From Geopsychrobacteraceae bacterium (GTDB lineage: Bacteria > Desulfobacterota > Desulfuromonadia > Desulfuromonadales > Geopsychrobacteraceae), in assembly GCA_963676795.2 (NCBI GenBank), contig CAXXTB010000002.1, positions 1,408,001-1,472,000 of the forward strand: a DNA stretch of 64,000 nucleotides, written 5' to 3'. Below are positions 21,276-31,805 of the stretch, one piece after another. Numbering within the stretch: the stretch's first letter is position 1; every line of letters starts with the position of its first letter. The notes below the pieces were generated by a model that was not told the DNA's origin, made no database searches, and saw only the letters and a list, made by a program, of their open reading frames with translations. The position numbers were made by a program, and so were the translations under genes.

Positions 21276-22970
21276 ATGAAAAAATATAGTGTAATTTTAC
21301 TGGTTTTGACTTTTTGCCTGATCACGGTCGGATCTTCTGTCTGGGCGGAAGATTATGCGACCCTGCGTAGCGACTATCGGCAGCTGGTCAGTTCGCCTGC
21401 GCTTCAGCAGCAGCGCTTGAGCTGGGAACGGCTGATCAAGCGTTTCAATGCCTTCGTCAGTCGCTCTGATTCAAAACAGAACCTGGAAAATGCCTCCTTT
21501 CTGCGGGCCCGGACCTGGGACGGTCTGGCCCATGTCTCGGGGCGCTCCTCCGATGCGCAGATTGCCATTGAGGTCTATACGGAATTTGTCGATCTCTATC
21601 CGGACAGCCGTTTGAGTGACGACTCCCTGTTTTCAGCCGCCGTCATCGCTGAGGATCTGCTTGAGGACAACAACCGCGCTTATCAGCTGTTTCAACGGAT
21701 ATTGCTCGAATACGACAATGGCGATATGGCCGGGGATGCGCGAAACCATTTCGTCAGCCTGAAAAAACCGGTCTCGACGGCCTCTTACAGTTCTTCAGGT
21801 GCTGCAAGCCATACGCTCCTGGGCAGTGCGCCGACCCTGGAGAATATCCGCTACTGGAGCGGCCCTGAATATACCCGGATCGTTCTCGACCTGAACGCCC
21901 CCGTTGCGACGACGCCTCAACTGCTCAAGGGGGATGCACCGCGGATCTACTTCGATCTTCGCTATACGAAACTGGCCGCCGACCTGCCTGCTTCCGTGAC
22001 CATCGGCAATGGCCTGGTCCTCGGCGTCCGTACCAGCCCTTACGATCCGCAGACGTCGCGGGTCGTCATCGACCTGAACCGTATTGCCGACTATAAGATT
22101 TCGGTCCTGCAGAACCCGCACCGCCTTGTTGTCGATGTTATGGGGGCTCCGGAAAAGGTGGTCCTGACGGCTCCGGTCAAGGATGACAAGTCGTTGCGCA
22201 GCGACGATTCTATCGCAGGAATTCTCGACACTGTTCCTGATGACCAGAAGACCCTGCACGTCCCGCAGCAGCGGCGCGATGAGGGGATCAGGACGATCGT
22301 GGTCGATGCCGGTCATGGCGGCAAGGATCCGGGCGCCATCGGCCCGGGTGGCGTCTATGAAAAAACGGTTACGCTGGCCATGGCCAAGGCCCTGGCAACC
22401 AGTTTGCGTCAGCGGCTCGGGGTCAAGGTCCTGCTAACCCGCTCCGATGACCGTTTTATCGAATTGAGGGAGCGTACCGCTTTCGCCAATCGCGTCAATG
22501 CCGATCTCTTCATCTCCCTGCATGCCAATGCCAGCCGCAGCTCCGGGGCTTACGGGGTCGAGAGTTATTTTCTCAACCTGTCGAAAAACGGTCAGGCGGC
22601 AGAGGTCGCTGCCCGGGAAAACGGTACCAACATCGAGGATGTCGGTAACCTGGAAGCGATTCTTTTTGACCTGATGGCGAACGCAAAGATCAATGAATCG
22701 AGCCGACTCGCCGCGGAGGTACAGCAGTCGCTGGTTGCTGGTCTGTCACCGCATTACAGCAAGATCAAGGACCTTGGCGTCAAACAGGGGCCTTTTCATG
22801 TTCTGCTCGGGGCGACCATGCCTTCGGTACTGGTCGAAGCGGCATTTATCAGCAACAACAGGGAAGAAAAGCGCCTCACCAGCAAGGCCTACCAGCAGCG
22901 TGTCGCAGACGCGATCGTCGACGGAATCAAGCATTATTCAGCATCATTTGAACAGGTTGCCCATAAATGA
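21276..22970 (+). CDS. N-acetylmuramoyl-L-alanine amidase with signal peptide, TPR-like and AMIN domains
   Basis: VDAGHGGKDPGA, ISLHAN, PSVLVEAAFISN; AMIN-like TRIVLDL and RLVVD segments. Confidence 0.9.
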   Translation: MKKYSVILLVLTFCLITVGSSVWAEDYATLRSDYRQLVSSPALQQQRLSWERLIKRFNAFVSRSDSKQNLENASFLRARTWDGLAHVSGRSSDAQIAIEVYTEFVDLYPDSRLSDDSLFSAAVIAEDLLEDNNRAYQLFQRILLEYDNGDMAGDARNHFVSLKKPVSTASYSSSGAASHTLLGSAPTLENIRYWSGPEYTRIVLDLNAPVATTPQLLKGDAPRIYFDLRYTKLAADLPASVTIGNGLVLGVRTSPYDPQTSRVVIDLNRIADYKISVLQNPHRLVVDVMGAPEKVVLTAPVKDDKSLRSDDSIAGILDTVPDDQKTLHVPQQRRDEGIRTIVVDAGHGGKDPGAIGPGGVYEKTVTLAMAKALATSLRQRLGVKVLLTRSDDRFIELRERTAFANRVNADLFISLHANASRSSGAYGVESYFLNLSKNGQAAEVAARENGTNIEDVGNLEAILFDLMANAKINESSRLAAEVQQSLVAGLSPHYSKIKDLGVKQGPFHVLLGATMPSVLVEAAFISNNREEKRLTSKAYQQRVADAIVDGIKHYSASFEQVAHK

Positions 22971-25648
22971 ACAGCTCCACAGAAAGTGTAGAACTGATTC
23001 TGCCGTCAGCTACGGCACAGCAGTCCTATGACGATATCCGCTCAGATCTGCTGGCTCAGGCCAAGGATCACTATGACTCCAGTCTGGCCGCCATCCGCAT
23101 TCTGAGCGAGCAGGGTGGTTCTGGCCGTGAGATTGTCGAACGGCTGACGGCTTTGACCGATGAGTTGATTACGGCCATCTACAGGAGTGTCAGCTGCGAT
23201 CTTGATTCCTTCCATGTCGATCATTGCGCGCTGTTCGCTCTGGGAGGCTATGGCCGTGCGGAAATGAACCCGCGTTCGGACCTGGACCTGATGTTTTTTT
23301 ACGATCAGGTCGCGGAAAGCACGGTCAAGACGCTCTCCGACCGGATGCTTTACCTGCTCTGGGATATGGGATTCGATGTCGGTTACAGTGTCAGGACCGC
23401 CAAGGACTGTATCGATGAGTCGAAGGACGCTACGGTCAGAACCTCGCTGCTTGACGCCCGGTTTTTGACCGGCAACCCTGATCTGCTCACCACCTTTGCC
23501 ACTCAGGTCGGTAAATTTGTTCTCAATCAGGAGACCCAGGCCTTTATCAAGGTCAAGATGCTGGAACGGGAAGAGCGTAAAAAGAAGTACGGATCTTCGG
23601 TATATCTGCTTGAGCCGAACATCAAAGAGGGGGAAGGTGGCTTGCGCGAGCTGCACGACGCACTGTGGATCGCACGGACCAAATTCAAGGCCGAGAATCT
23701 TCGTGATCTGCTGATCAAGGGGGTGATGACCGAGGAAGAGCTGGAGCTCTACCTGTCGGCTCAGGAATACCTGTGGAAGATTCGTAATTTCCTCCATTTC
23801 AATGCGAGCCAGCGCAAGGGCGATCAGCTCACCTTCGAACTGCAGGAACAGATCGCCGGTTTTCTCGGCTATGTCAAATCGTCCACCGGTTCGGCCGTTG
23901 AGCAGTTTATGCAGGATTATTATACCCGGGCCATCGAGTACGAACACCTGGCCTCCAAGATCATCAATAAGGCGACGCGCAGCCAGAGCCAGGGGCTGTT
24001 TACTTTTTTGGGGCGGCGTAACCTCGAGCACGGCTTCTATGTTATCCGTGGCGAATTGCGTATCAAGGATGAAGAGCTGATTCTGCAACAGCCGGAACTG
24101 ATGATGATCGCTTTTGAGCTGTCACAGAAACAGGAAGCCCCGATGAGTCACGAGCTTGAACTGTTGATCCGGGAAAACCTTCACCTGTTCAACGACAGGG
24201 TGCGCAGATCAAAGCTGGTCAACGATTCCTTTATGGCGATTCTGCGCTATTCCAAAGGGGTCGGCAAGATTCTGCGGCGCATGCATTACCTGAAGTTTCT
24301 CAATGCCTTTATCCCTGAATTCAAGAAAATCTACTGCAAGGTTCAGTTCGATCTCTATCATATCTATACGGTCGATATTCATTCCCTGTTCGCTGTAGAG
24401 GAGATCGAGAAACTCTGGGCCGGTGAGTATGCCGAAGAGCGCCCGCGTTTGACTGAGGTTGCCAACCGGATCGAAAAGCGGGAACTGCTGCTGCTGTCGA
24501 TCCTGTTTCATGATATCGGCAAGGGAAGTGGTAAGGATCACAGCCAACGCGGTGCCGAGATGATTCCGACCATCGCCCGACGAATGCGCCTGAATCGCGA
24601 GGACAGCCAGCGCTTGCAGTTCCTTGTCCTTCATCACCTGCAGATGGCGCATATCTCCCAGCGGCGTGACCTGCAGGATATGCGCATGATTGCCCAGTTC
24701 GCCGAACTGATGGAGATGAGCGAAAATCTGATGATGCTCTATCTGCTGACCTTTGCTGACATCCGGGCGGTCGGCCCCGATGTCTGGACCGACTGGAAGG
24801 GCAACCTGCTTCGCGAGCTTTATGAGAAGGCCTATGATGTCCTCGAAAAGCAGGGCTTTTATCATGAACAGCGCTCCGAACGGATCCGCAAGCTCAAGCG
24901 CAAGCTGCGTGAAGAGCTGCTTGGTGAATACTCGGAGCATCAGGTGACCAGAGTGGTCAATAGTCTGAATAATCACTATCTGCTCAGTTATGGCGCAGAA
25001 CAGATCCTTCCGCACCTGAGGCTGGCTCTTAATCGCGGCAAGAAGACCGTCAATATGCAGGTCGAGCACGACCGGCGCCTGGGCTACACCGAGCTGACTC
25101 TGGCGACGGTCGATTGTCCGGGACTGTTCTCTTATATCGCCGGTGTCCTGGCCGCCAATTCGATCAATATCCTGGGTGCTCAGATCCATACCCGCAAGAC
25201 CGGTGCCGTGCTGGATATCCTCCAGGTTACCAACGCTGTTGGTGAGATCGTTGACAACGAGCAGAAGTGGCAGCGTGTCGAGGAGGACCTGTGCAAGGTG
25301 ATCGAAGGGCGCGTACGGGTCAGTGATCTGGTCGCCAAGTGCCAGCAGCCGAGTTTCATGGCCGCCAATAAGAAGCGGCCCAAGCGGCCAAACCGGGTCG
25401 AGTTCGACAACGAGGTTTCGGTCAAGTATACGGTCATCGATATCTTCGCGACCGATAAGGTCGGCCTGCTTTATGACATCACCCGGACCTTCAATGAGCT
25501 CGGACTGTACATCGCCGTTTCCAAGATTTCGACCAAGGTTGATCAGATTGCTGACGTCTTCTATGTCAATGATATCTTCGGTCAGAAGATCACCAACCCG
25601 GAAAAGATCGAAGAGATCCGTCAGACGATGCTGGAAAGACTGGGCTGA
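22967..25648 (+). CDS. glnD: [Protein-PII] uridylyltransferase
   Basis: ALGGYGR...SDLDL, EPNIKEGEGGLR, HD domain (HDIGKG), two ACT domains. Confidence 0.95.
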   Translation: MNSSTESVELILPSATAQQSYDDIRSDLLAQAKDHYDSSLAAIRILSEQGGSGREIVERLTALTDELITAIYRSVSCDLDSFHVDHCALFALGGYGRAEMNPRSDLDLMFFYDQVAESTVKTLSDRMLYLLWDMGFDVGYSVRTAKDCIDESKDATVRTSLLDARFLTGNPDLLTTFATQVGKFVLNQETQAFIKVKMLEREERKKKYGSSVYLLEPNIKEGEGGLRELHDALWIARTKFKAENLRDLLIKGVMTEEELELYLSAQEYLWKIRNFLHFNASQRKGDQLTFELQEQIAGFLGYVKSSTGSAVEQFMQDYYTRAIEYEHLASKIINKATRSQSQGLFTFLGRRNLEHGFYVIRGELRIKDEELILQQPELMMIAFELSQKQEAPMSHELELLIRENLHLFNDRVRRSKLVNDSFMAILRYSKGVGKILRRMHYLKFLNAFIPEFKKIYCKVQFDLYHIYTVDIHSLFAVEEIEKLWAGEYAEERPRLTEVANRIEKRELLLLSILFHDIGKGSGKDHSQRGAEMIPTIARRMRLNREDSQRLQFLVLHHLQMAHISQRRDLQDMRMIAQFAELMEMSENLMMLYLLTFADIRAVGPDVWTDWKGNLLRELYEKAYDVLEKQGFYHEQRSERIRKLKRKLREELLGEYSEHQVTRVVNSLNNHYLLSYGAEQILPHLRLALNRGKKTVNMQVEHDRRLGYTELTLATVDCPGLFSYIAGVLAANSINILGAQIHTRKTGAVLDILQVTNAVGEIVDNEQKWQRVEEDLCKVIEGRVRVSDLVAKCQQPSFMAANKKRPKRPNRVEFDNEVSVKYTVIDIFATDKVGLLYDITRTFNELGLYIAVSKISTKVDQIADVFYVNDIFGQKITNPEKIEEIRQTMLERLG

Positions 25649-25654
25649 AACAGG

Positions 25655-26551
25655 GTGAACGACCTCGACCGCAATATAGATATTTTTCTGAATTATCTGG
25701 TTGTTGAAAAAGGTCTTGCAGAAAATACTTTAATGGCCTATAGCCGGGATCTGGCCGGTTATGCCGCTTTCCTGCAGGACCGCAACTGTACCGAATGGGC
25801 TCAGGTTGACCCGTTGCTGCTGATCGACTATCTGACCCGGCTCAAGCAGGAGGGGCTCTCTGCCCGCAGTCGTGCGCGGATACTCAGCTCTCTGCGCGGC
25901 TTTCATCGTTTTCTGGTCCGCGAGCACTATGCCGAGCTGGATCCGACCGCGCTGATCGAGTCGCCCCGCACCTTGCGCTCACTGCCTGAGCTGCTGTCGA
26001 TGACTGAGGTCGACCGCTTGCTGGCAGCCGTTGGTGGGGAAGACGCCATCGCCGTGCGTGACAGGGCAATGCTTGAAGTCCTCTATGCCACCGGTTTGCG
26101 CGTCTCTGAACTGGTCGGCTTGCGGCTGGTTGACCTGAAACTGGATATCGGTTGTCTGAACGCTTTTGGCAAGGGGGCGAAGCAGCGCCTGGTCCCTCTG
26201 GGCGAACCGGCACTTGACGCCCTGACCGAATATCTGGAATATTCGAGGGGGCAACTGGTCCGGGAGCAAGCGGTTGGCGAGGTCTTCGTCAATCGTCGCG
26301 GTCAGCCGATGACCCGTCAGGGCTTCTGGAAAAATCTTAAGAATTATGCGCTCAAAGCGGGGATCAGCAAAGCCGTTTATCCTCACATGTTGCGACATTC
26401 CTTCGCAACGCACCTGCTCGAGAATGGTGCGGATCTGCGTGCTGTGCAGACCATGCTGGGACATGCGGATATCTCGACCACACAGATCTATACCCACGTG
26501 GTGCAGGAGCGCTTGAAACAGATTCATCAACAATTTCATCCACGTGGATGA
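25655..26551 (+). CDS. xerD: Site-specific tyrosine recombinase XerD
   Basis: LYATGLRVSELV, TRQGFW, PHMLRHSFATHLLENGADLRAVQTMLGHADISTTQIYTHV, HPRG end. Confidence 0.93.
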   Translation: MNDLDRNIDIFLNYLVVEKGLAENTLMAYSRDLAGYAAFLQDRNCTEWAQVDPLLLIDYLTRLKQEGLSARSRARILSSLRGFHRFLVREHYAELDPTALIESPRTLRSLPELLSMTEVDRLLAAVGGEDAIAVRDRAMLEVLYATGLRVSELVGLRLVDLKLDIGCLNAFGKGAKQRLVPLGEPALDALTEYLEYSRGQLVREQAVGEVFVNRRGQPMTRQGFWKNLKNYALKAGISKAVYPHMLRHSFATHLLENGADLRAVQTMLGHADISTTQIYTHVVQERLKQIHQQFHPRG

Positions 26552-26568
26552 CAACAGAGGATTGATTC

Positions 26569-27762
26569 ATGAAGTACATTGTTTTATTGGGTGATGGCAT
26601 GTCCGATGAGCCGAATGCGGAACTTGGCGGCAAGACGCCGCTCCAGGTTGCGGCAACCCCCTATATGGACCAGCTCTGCCGGCGCAGCAGGGTTGGCCTG
26701 GCATCGACGGTGCCGGCCGGCTACCACCCTGGCAGTGACGTGGCCAATCTCGCTGTGTTCGGTTACGACCCGAGTGAGTGCTATTCGGGGCGCTCTCCCC
26801 TGGAGGCGGCAAGCATGGGGGTTGAACTGGAGCCGAGTGATGTGTCATTCCGCCTCAATTTCGTCTGGCTGGAAGCGCATTACGGCAAACTCTATATGGG
26901 CGATTTTTCCGCTGGGCATATCACAACAGAAGAATCGAAGCAATTGATCGTCGACCTGCAGAAGGAGCTCGGTGGCGGCGAATTCAATTTCTACCCCGGT
27001 GTTTCCTATCGTCACCTGCTGGTCTGGAAGAACGGCAGGGATCAGATCCGCTTCACCCCGCCTCATGATATTTCGACTCTGAGCATCGAGGACTATCTGC
27101 CCAAGGGGGAGGGGGCCGAGGTTTTACAGGAGCTGGCCAATTCCGCCCAGATGATTCTGCACGATCATCCGGTAAACAATACCAGGGTTGCTGCGGGGAA
27201 GGTGCCGGCCAATTCGATCTGGCTCTGGGGTGAGGGACGCAAGCCGACAATGCAGACCTATCAGCAGCGCTACGGCTTGCGCGGGTCGGTCATCTCGGCC
27301 GTTGATCTGATCAAGGGGATCGGTACTTATGCGGGGCTGGATGTTATCGAGGTGCCCGGGGCGACCGGTTACATCGACACCAATTACCGTGGCAAAGCTG
27401 AGTATGCCATCGAATCGCTTAAAGAGCGCGATTTTGTCTACGTTCACGTCGAGGCTCCCGATGAGGCAGCTCACGCCGGACTGCTCAGAGAAAAGATTAC
27501 AGCGATCGAGGACTTTGACCGCGATGTTGTCGGTACTGTCGTTGAGAACCTCGATCAGATCGGCGATTGCCGGATATTGATCATGCCGGATCACCCAACC
27601 CCGGTCGCCAAGCGGACTCATACCGCCGAACCTGTCCCTTTTATCCTGTTTGATTCGACCCGCGACGTTGTTTCGGGAGCGTCTGCCTACAGCGAAGATG
27701 AGGCAGGTGCGACCGGTGATAATGTCATCGGCCATCAGCTGCTCAGCCAGATGCTCGGATAA
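26569..27762 (+). CDS. apgM: Cofactor-independent phosphoglycerate mutase (ApgM type)
   Basis: LGDGMSD, PGSDVAN, YSGRSPLEA, HVEAPDEAAH, PDHPTP. Confidence 0.88.
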   Translation: MKYIVLLGDGMSDEPNAELGGKTPLQVAATPYMDQLCRRSRVGLASTVPAGYHPGSDVANLAVFGYDPSECYSGRSPLEAASMGVELEPSDVSFRLNFVWLEAHYGKLYMGDFSAGHITTEESKQLIVDLQKELGGGEFNFYPGVSYRHLLVWKNGRDQIRFTPPHDISTLSIEDYLPKGEGAEVLQELANSAQMILHDHPVNNTRVAAGKVPANSIWLWGEGRKPTMQTYQQRYGLRGSVISAVDLIKGIGTYAGLDVIEVPGATGYIDTNYRGKAEYAIESLKERDFVYVHVEAPDEAAHAGLLREKITAIEDFDRDVVGTVVENLDQIGDCRILIMPDHPTPVAKRTHTAEPVPFILFDSTRDVVSGASAYSEDEAGATGDNVIGHQLLSQMLG

Positions 27763-28200
27763 TTGCAGGTGGCTCAGGTCAAGTTCATCAAGCAGGAGCA
27801 ACCGGACCGGATCCAACTGATCTGTCATCTGACCGAGCGGTTCTTTCAGGAGCTTGAGGCGAAAGAGCCGATCCTCATTCTGGTCGAAGACGAGGCTCAG
27901 GCCCTGGCTCTCGATCAGTATCTCTGGACCTGGGACAAGGGGGCATTTTTGCCGCACGTCTATGACAACGGTGCGGTCGAATGCTGTCAGGAGCCGATTG
28001 TCATATCGACCCGTGAGGATAACTGCAACGCTGCGGCCATGCTGATCATGGGGAGGCCCTGTTCGCTCGATTTCGTCAAAAAGTTCAGGTTGGCTGTCGA
28101 TTTTGCCGAGGTCTACGATGCCGGGCTGGTTCAGCATGCGCGTCAGCGTTTCCGGGTGTTCCGTGATCATGGCCTGAACCCGGAAATGCTCGAGATATAG
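27763..28200 (+). CDS. holC: DNA polymerase III chi subunit
   Basis: LDQYLWTWDKGAFLPH and ARQRFRVFRDHG motifs; 145 aa. Confidence 0.75.
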   Translation: MQVAQVKFIKQEQPDRIQLICHLTERFFQELEAKEPILILVEDEAQALALDQYLWTWDKGAFLPHVYDNGAVECCQEPIVISTREDNCNAAAMLIMGRPCSLDFVKKFRLAVDFAEVYDAGLVQHARQRFRVFRDHGLNPEMLEI

Positions 28201-28215
28201 GACTGGAGTGACTGT

Positions 28216-28974
28216 TTGAATAAAGATAATCTGTGTGTCGTTCTGGTTGAATCGCAGGGAGCTCTCAATATCGGCTCCGTCTGTCGGGCGATGCTGAATT
28301 TTGGTTTTACCGATCTGCGCCTGGTCAATCCGCAGGCCGATCATCTGTCCCACGAAGCTCGTCAGATGGCGGTCAAGGCCGGTCATCTCCTCGATGCTGC
28401 CAAGCTGTTTGGCAGTCTCGAAGAGGCTCTGGCGGATTGCGTCATGACCTTCGGCACGACCCGTCGTTTTGGCCGCTATCGGACCGGCCTGCTGCATCCT
28501 GATGAAGCGGCACAACAATTGATCCCGGTCTGTGACGAGGGGCGGGTCGCCCTGGTTTTTGGTCGCGAGGACAACGGCCTGCTGATGACTGAGCTCGATC
28601 TGTGTCAGAATTTTATCACCATCCCGACCAGCCCCGAACTTCCTTCGATGAATCTGGCTCAGTCCGTCGTTCTGCATCTCTACGAGGTCAATCGGGTGTG
28701 TGGCGAGCTGGAGGGGAAGACGCATGGCCGCAAGAAGCTGGCAACGGGTGAGCAGCTGGAAGGGCTGTATCAGCATATGCGAAGTTCTCTGGCGAATATA
28801 GGCTACCTGAACCCGCAGAACCCGGACCATATCCTGCGCAGCTACCGGCGCATTCTGGGGCGCGCCGCTCTGGATGAGCGTGAGGTCGGCGTGCTGCGCG
28901 GCCTGTTCAACCAGATCGATGTCTATAGCGGGCTCAAGGGGCCGCGCCAGACGGATGAGGAAGATCATGGCTGA
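28216..28974 (+). CDS. trmJ: SPOUT tRNA/rRNA methyltransferase (TrmJ/LasT family)
   Basis: NIGSVCRAMLNFG, LVFGREDNGL, SMNLAQSV. Confidence 0.85.
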   Translation: MNKDNLCVVLVESQGALNIGSVCRAMLNFGFTDLRLVNPQADHLSHEARQMAVKAGHLLDAAKLFGSLEEALADCVMTFGTTRRFGRYRTGLLHPDEAAQQLIPVCDEGRVALVFGREDNGLLMTELDLCQNFITIPTSPELPSMNLAQSVVLHLYEVNRVCGELEGKTHGRKKLATGEQLEGLYQHMRSSLANIGYLNPQNPDHILRSYRRILGRAALDEREVGVLRGLFNQIDVYSGLKGPRQTDEEDHG

Positions 28975-29311
28975 GCCCTGGAAAATTCTGGAACTGGGCC
29001 GTGGTGTCTGCCTTGTTGCCAGGGATGAGACGAATCGCTATTTCGGTGACTATCACCGGGTCCGGTTGGTGGTGAGCGTTATCTGGCCACTGCCTGAGTC
29101 CATTTCTGCGCAGCAGGAGGAGCTGTCGGTTGAACTGCTCAAGGTGCTTGAGCAGATGGCGGTTGCCGGCCAGGATGTCGAGAGGGTCCGTAATGAACTG
29201 TTCGATGATTTTGTCCGCCATGCCAGGCAGTACCTGTTGAGCGACGGATTCGCCGAACGCCTCTGGCACAAGCGTCAGGCTGAAAAGCGGCGTCCCGTGA
29301 GCCGCTACTGA
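28967..29311 (+). CDS. Hypothetical protein
   Basis: ATG 28967 with GAGGA RBS overlapping the trmJ end; NRYFGDYHRV segment. Confidence 0.7.
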   Translation: MAEPWKILELGRGVCLVARDETNRYFGDYHRVRLVVSVIWPLPESISAQQEELSVELLKVLEQMAVAGQDVERVRNELFDDFVRHARQYLLSDGFAERLWHKRQAEKRRPVSRY

Positions 29312-29375
29312 TTTAGTGCTTGCCTTTTGGCGGCGCAAGTGATAAGCATATACGCGTTTCTTGGTTACCTTTCTG

Positions 29376-29405
29376 AAAGTGAGTCATTAAAGACTCGCTT
29401 TTTTT
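29376..29405 (+). promoter_or_regulatory. rimP leader hairpin (attenuator-like)
   Basis: aaagtgagtc-attaaa-gactcgcttt followed by a T run, upstream of rimP where a leader hairpin is commonly conserved. Confidence 0.6.
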
Positions 29406-29478
29406 ATTGCCTGGAGCTGGTGTCCTGTCACGCAGGAATAGCTCTGAATCTGGCATTTCAGGCATGAAGGATACAGGT

Positions 29479-29961
29479 GTGGCACAGCTTAACGAACAGA
29501 TAGTAGAACTTGTGACCCCGGTTGTTGAAGACCTCGGGCTGGAGCTTGTCGACCTTGAGTACAAGCGGGAAGGGCGAGGCTGGATCTTGCGCTTTTTCCT
29601 CGACAAGCCGGGCGGCATAACCCTCGACGATTGTGCGGATGCCAGTCGTGAGATCAGCTCGCTGCTCGATGTAGAAGATATTATCGATACAGCCTACAAC
29701 CTGGAGGTTTCATCGCCTGGTATCGACAGGCCGTTGAAGAAATTGCAGGATTTTGAACGTTTTGCCGGTCAGCTGGTCAAGATCAAGACCTTCTCCGGGA
29801 TCGATCCGGATCAGAGTGGCCGTAACCGCAAGACTTTTGCCGGGACGCTTGAGGGGGTCGAGGGGCAGAATGTCATTGTGGTCCTGCAGGGGAAGGCAGC
29901 GCCAAGGGCGGTCATCCCCTTTGATCAGATTGAAAAAGCAAATCTGGACTTTCAGTTTTAA
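29479..29961 (+). CDS. rimP: Ribosome maturation factor RimP
   Basis: GITLDDCA...YNLEVSSPGIDRPL; start GTG 29479 (ATG 29464 is an alternative). Confidence 0.93.
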   Translation: MAQLNEQIVELVTPVVEDLGLELVDLEYKREGRGWILRFFLDKPGGITLDDCADASREISSLLDVEDIIDTAYNLEVSSPGIDRPLKKLQDFERFAGQLVKIKTFSGIDPDQSGRNRKTFAGTLEGVEGQNVIVVLQGKAAPRAVIPFDQIEKANLDFQF

Positions 29962-30040
29962 CCGGTTTGCTTCGCGCAGAAAATTGACAGCTGTTCCCGG
30001 ACGGGGGCAGCTCAAACTCACTTAAAAGGGGATTAACAGG

Positions 30041-31189
30041 ATGGTGGGCAATCTCAATCACATCATCGATCAGGTCGTCAAAGATAAGGGAATCGACCGC
30101 GATATCTTAATTGATGCTCTTGAATCAGCAGTTCTTTCAGCAGCAAACAAGAAGTTCAGAAACACCCGTGATCTCGAAGCTCATTATAACGACGAGATCG
30201 GTGAGGTTGAAGTTTTTGAGTTCGTCACTGTTGTTGAGGAGGTTGTCGATTCCTACAAAGAGATCGATATCGAAGAGGCCCGCGAAGTCGATCCGGATGT
30301 TGAGGTCGGCGATTCGCTGGGTATGATGCTCGAGGCCGGCAGCTTCAGTCGGATTGCCGCCCAAACCGCCAAGCAGGTCATTATCCAGAAGGTCCGTGAA
30401 GCTGAGCGCGAAGGTGTTTACAGCGAATTCAAGGATCGCATCGGTGAGGTTGTCAATGGTATCGTCCGCCGCTACGAGCGCGGCGACCTGATAGTCGATC
30501 TCGGCCGTGCCGAAGCCCTGCTGCCTAACCGTGAGCAGGTACCGCGTGAAAACTACCGTCAGTCCGATCGTGTCCGTGCCTACATCTCTGAAGTCAAGAT
30601 GTCGGCGAAGGGACCCCAGATCATTCTGTCCCGTACCCATCCGGGCCTGCTGATCTCCCTCTTTGCTGCCGAGGTTCCTGAAATCGCCGAAGGTATCGTG
30701 GAGATCAAGGGCGCTGCGCGCGAGCCGGGCAGCCGGGCCAAGATCGCCGTTGTTTCGCATGATCCTGATGTCGATCCGATCGGTGCCTGCGTCGGTATGC
30801 GCGGGTCCCGGGTTCAGAACGTCGTCACCGAACTGCGTGGTGAGCGGATCGATATTATCCCATGGACTCAGGACCCTGCTCGATTCGCCTGTGCCGCGCT
30901 GGCGCCAGCCGAAGTGTCCCGTGTCTATATCGACGATGAAGACCAGGCGATGGAAATCATCGTTCCTGATGACCAGTTGTCCTTGGCTATTGGCAAGAAA
31001 GGGCAGAACGTCCGTCTCGCTGCCAAGCTGACCGGCTGGAAGATCGACATCAAGAGCGAAAGCCGCGCCCAGGAAGAGGATTCCGAAGACGGCAAGACCC
31101 CGTCTGCACCGGAAAAAACTCAGAAAGAACTGGCTGAGGAGCTTTTTTCCGAAATTACCTCTTCTGAGCCGAACAGCTCTGAGGAATAA
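30041..31189 (+). CDS. nusA: Transcription termination factor NusA
   Basis: [12 protein letters not shown]1 and KH domains, [22 protein letters not shown]. Confidence 0.97.
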   Translation: MVGNLNHIIDQVVKDKGIDRDILIDALESAVLSAANKKFRNTRDLEAHYNDEIGEVEVFEFVTVVEEVVDSYKEIDIEEAREVDPDVEVGDSLGMMLEAGSFSRIAAQTAKQVIIQKVREAEREGVYSEFKDRIGEVVNGIVRRYERGDLIVDLGRAEALLPNREQVPRENYRQSDRVRAYISEVKMSAKGPQIILSRTHPGLLISLFAAEVPEIAEGIVEIKGAAREPGSRAKIAVVSHDPDVDPIGACVGMRGSRVQNVVTELRGERIDIIPWTQDPARFACAALAPAEVSRVYIDDEDQAMEIIVPDDQLSLAIGKKGQNVRLAAKLTGWKIDIKSESRAQEEDSEDGKTPSAPEKTQKELAEELFSEITSSEPNSSEE

Positions 31190-31208
31190 CGGAGTCGACA
31201 TTTACTGT

Positions 31209-31805
31209 ATGGCTGATTCTGCCAGAGGGCCTGAAAGAACCTGTCTGTCGTGCCGCAGCCGGTTGGACAAACAGGCGCTGATACGTTATGTTGTCGCTCC
31301 GGATGGTTCTTTGCTGGTCGATTATCGGCAAAGATTGCCGGGTCGTGGTGCCTATACCTGTGTCGATCTTGATTGTCTCAGGAATGCGGTCAAAAAAGGC
31401 GGTTTTAAAAGAGCCTTTCGCGGTCGTTGTGAAGCCCCAGACGCCGCTCAGCTGATTGCGCAGCTGAAGCAGGAAGTCCGGCAGAAAATTGTCAATCTTC
31501 TCGGCATCTGCCGCAAGTCCGGCAAACTGATAGCCGGGAGTAACGCAGCTCTAGATGCCCTGAAGGGTGGCAGGTCATTGTGTCTGTTGTTGCTTGCTGA
31601 AGATATCTCTACGGGTGTGGCCGATAAAGTCACTCAGTCAGCAGCCGCGTCCGGAGTTGAGATCCATCGCCTGTTTACAAAACAGGAGATCGGACAGTAT
31701 TTGGGGAAAAGCGATGTTAGCTGCGTCGCATTTGTCAATGACGACCTGAGTGAATTGATTTCGAAAGAATTGTGCCGCCACGAACAACTGGTAAGGGAGA
31801 ATTGA
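31209..31805 (+). CDS. YlxR (DUF448)-L7Ae/YlxQ fusion RNA-binding protein
   Basis: PERTCLSCR...GRGAY N-terminal half; [14 protein letters not shown]...LLAEDIS C-terminal half; located between nusA and infB. Confidence 0.85.
   Translation: MADSARGPERTCLSCRSRLDKQALIRYVVAPDGSLLVDYRQRLPGRGAYTCVDLDCLRNAVKKGGFKRAFRGRCEAPDAAQLIAQLKQEVRQKIVNLLGICRKSGKLIAGSNAALDALKGGRSLCLLLLAEDISTGVADKVTQSAAASGVEIHRLFTKQEIGQYLGKSDVSCVAFVNDDLSELISKELCRHEQLVREN

Noticed and set aside
25655..26551. Prophage or island integrase
   Set aside because: Canonical XerD motifs inside a housekeeping operon; no att sites or phage genes nearby.
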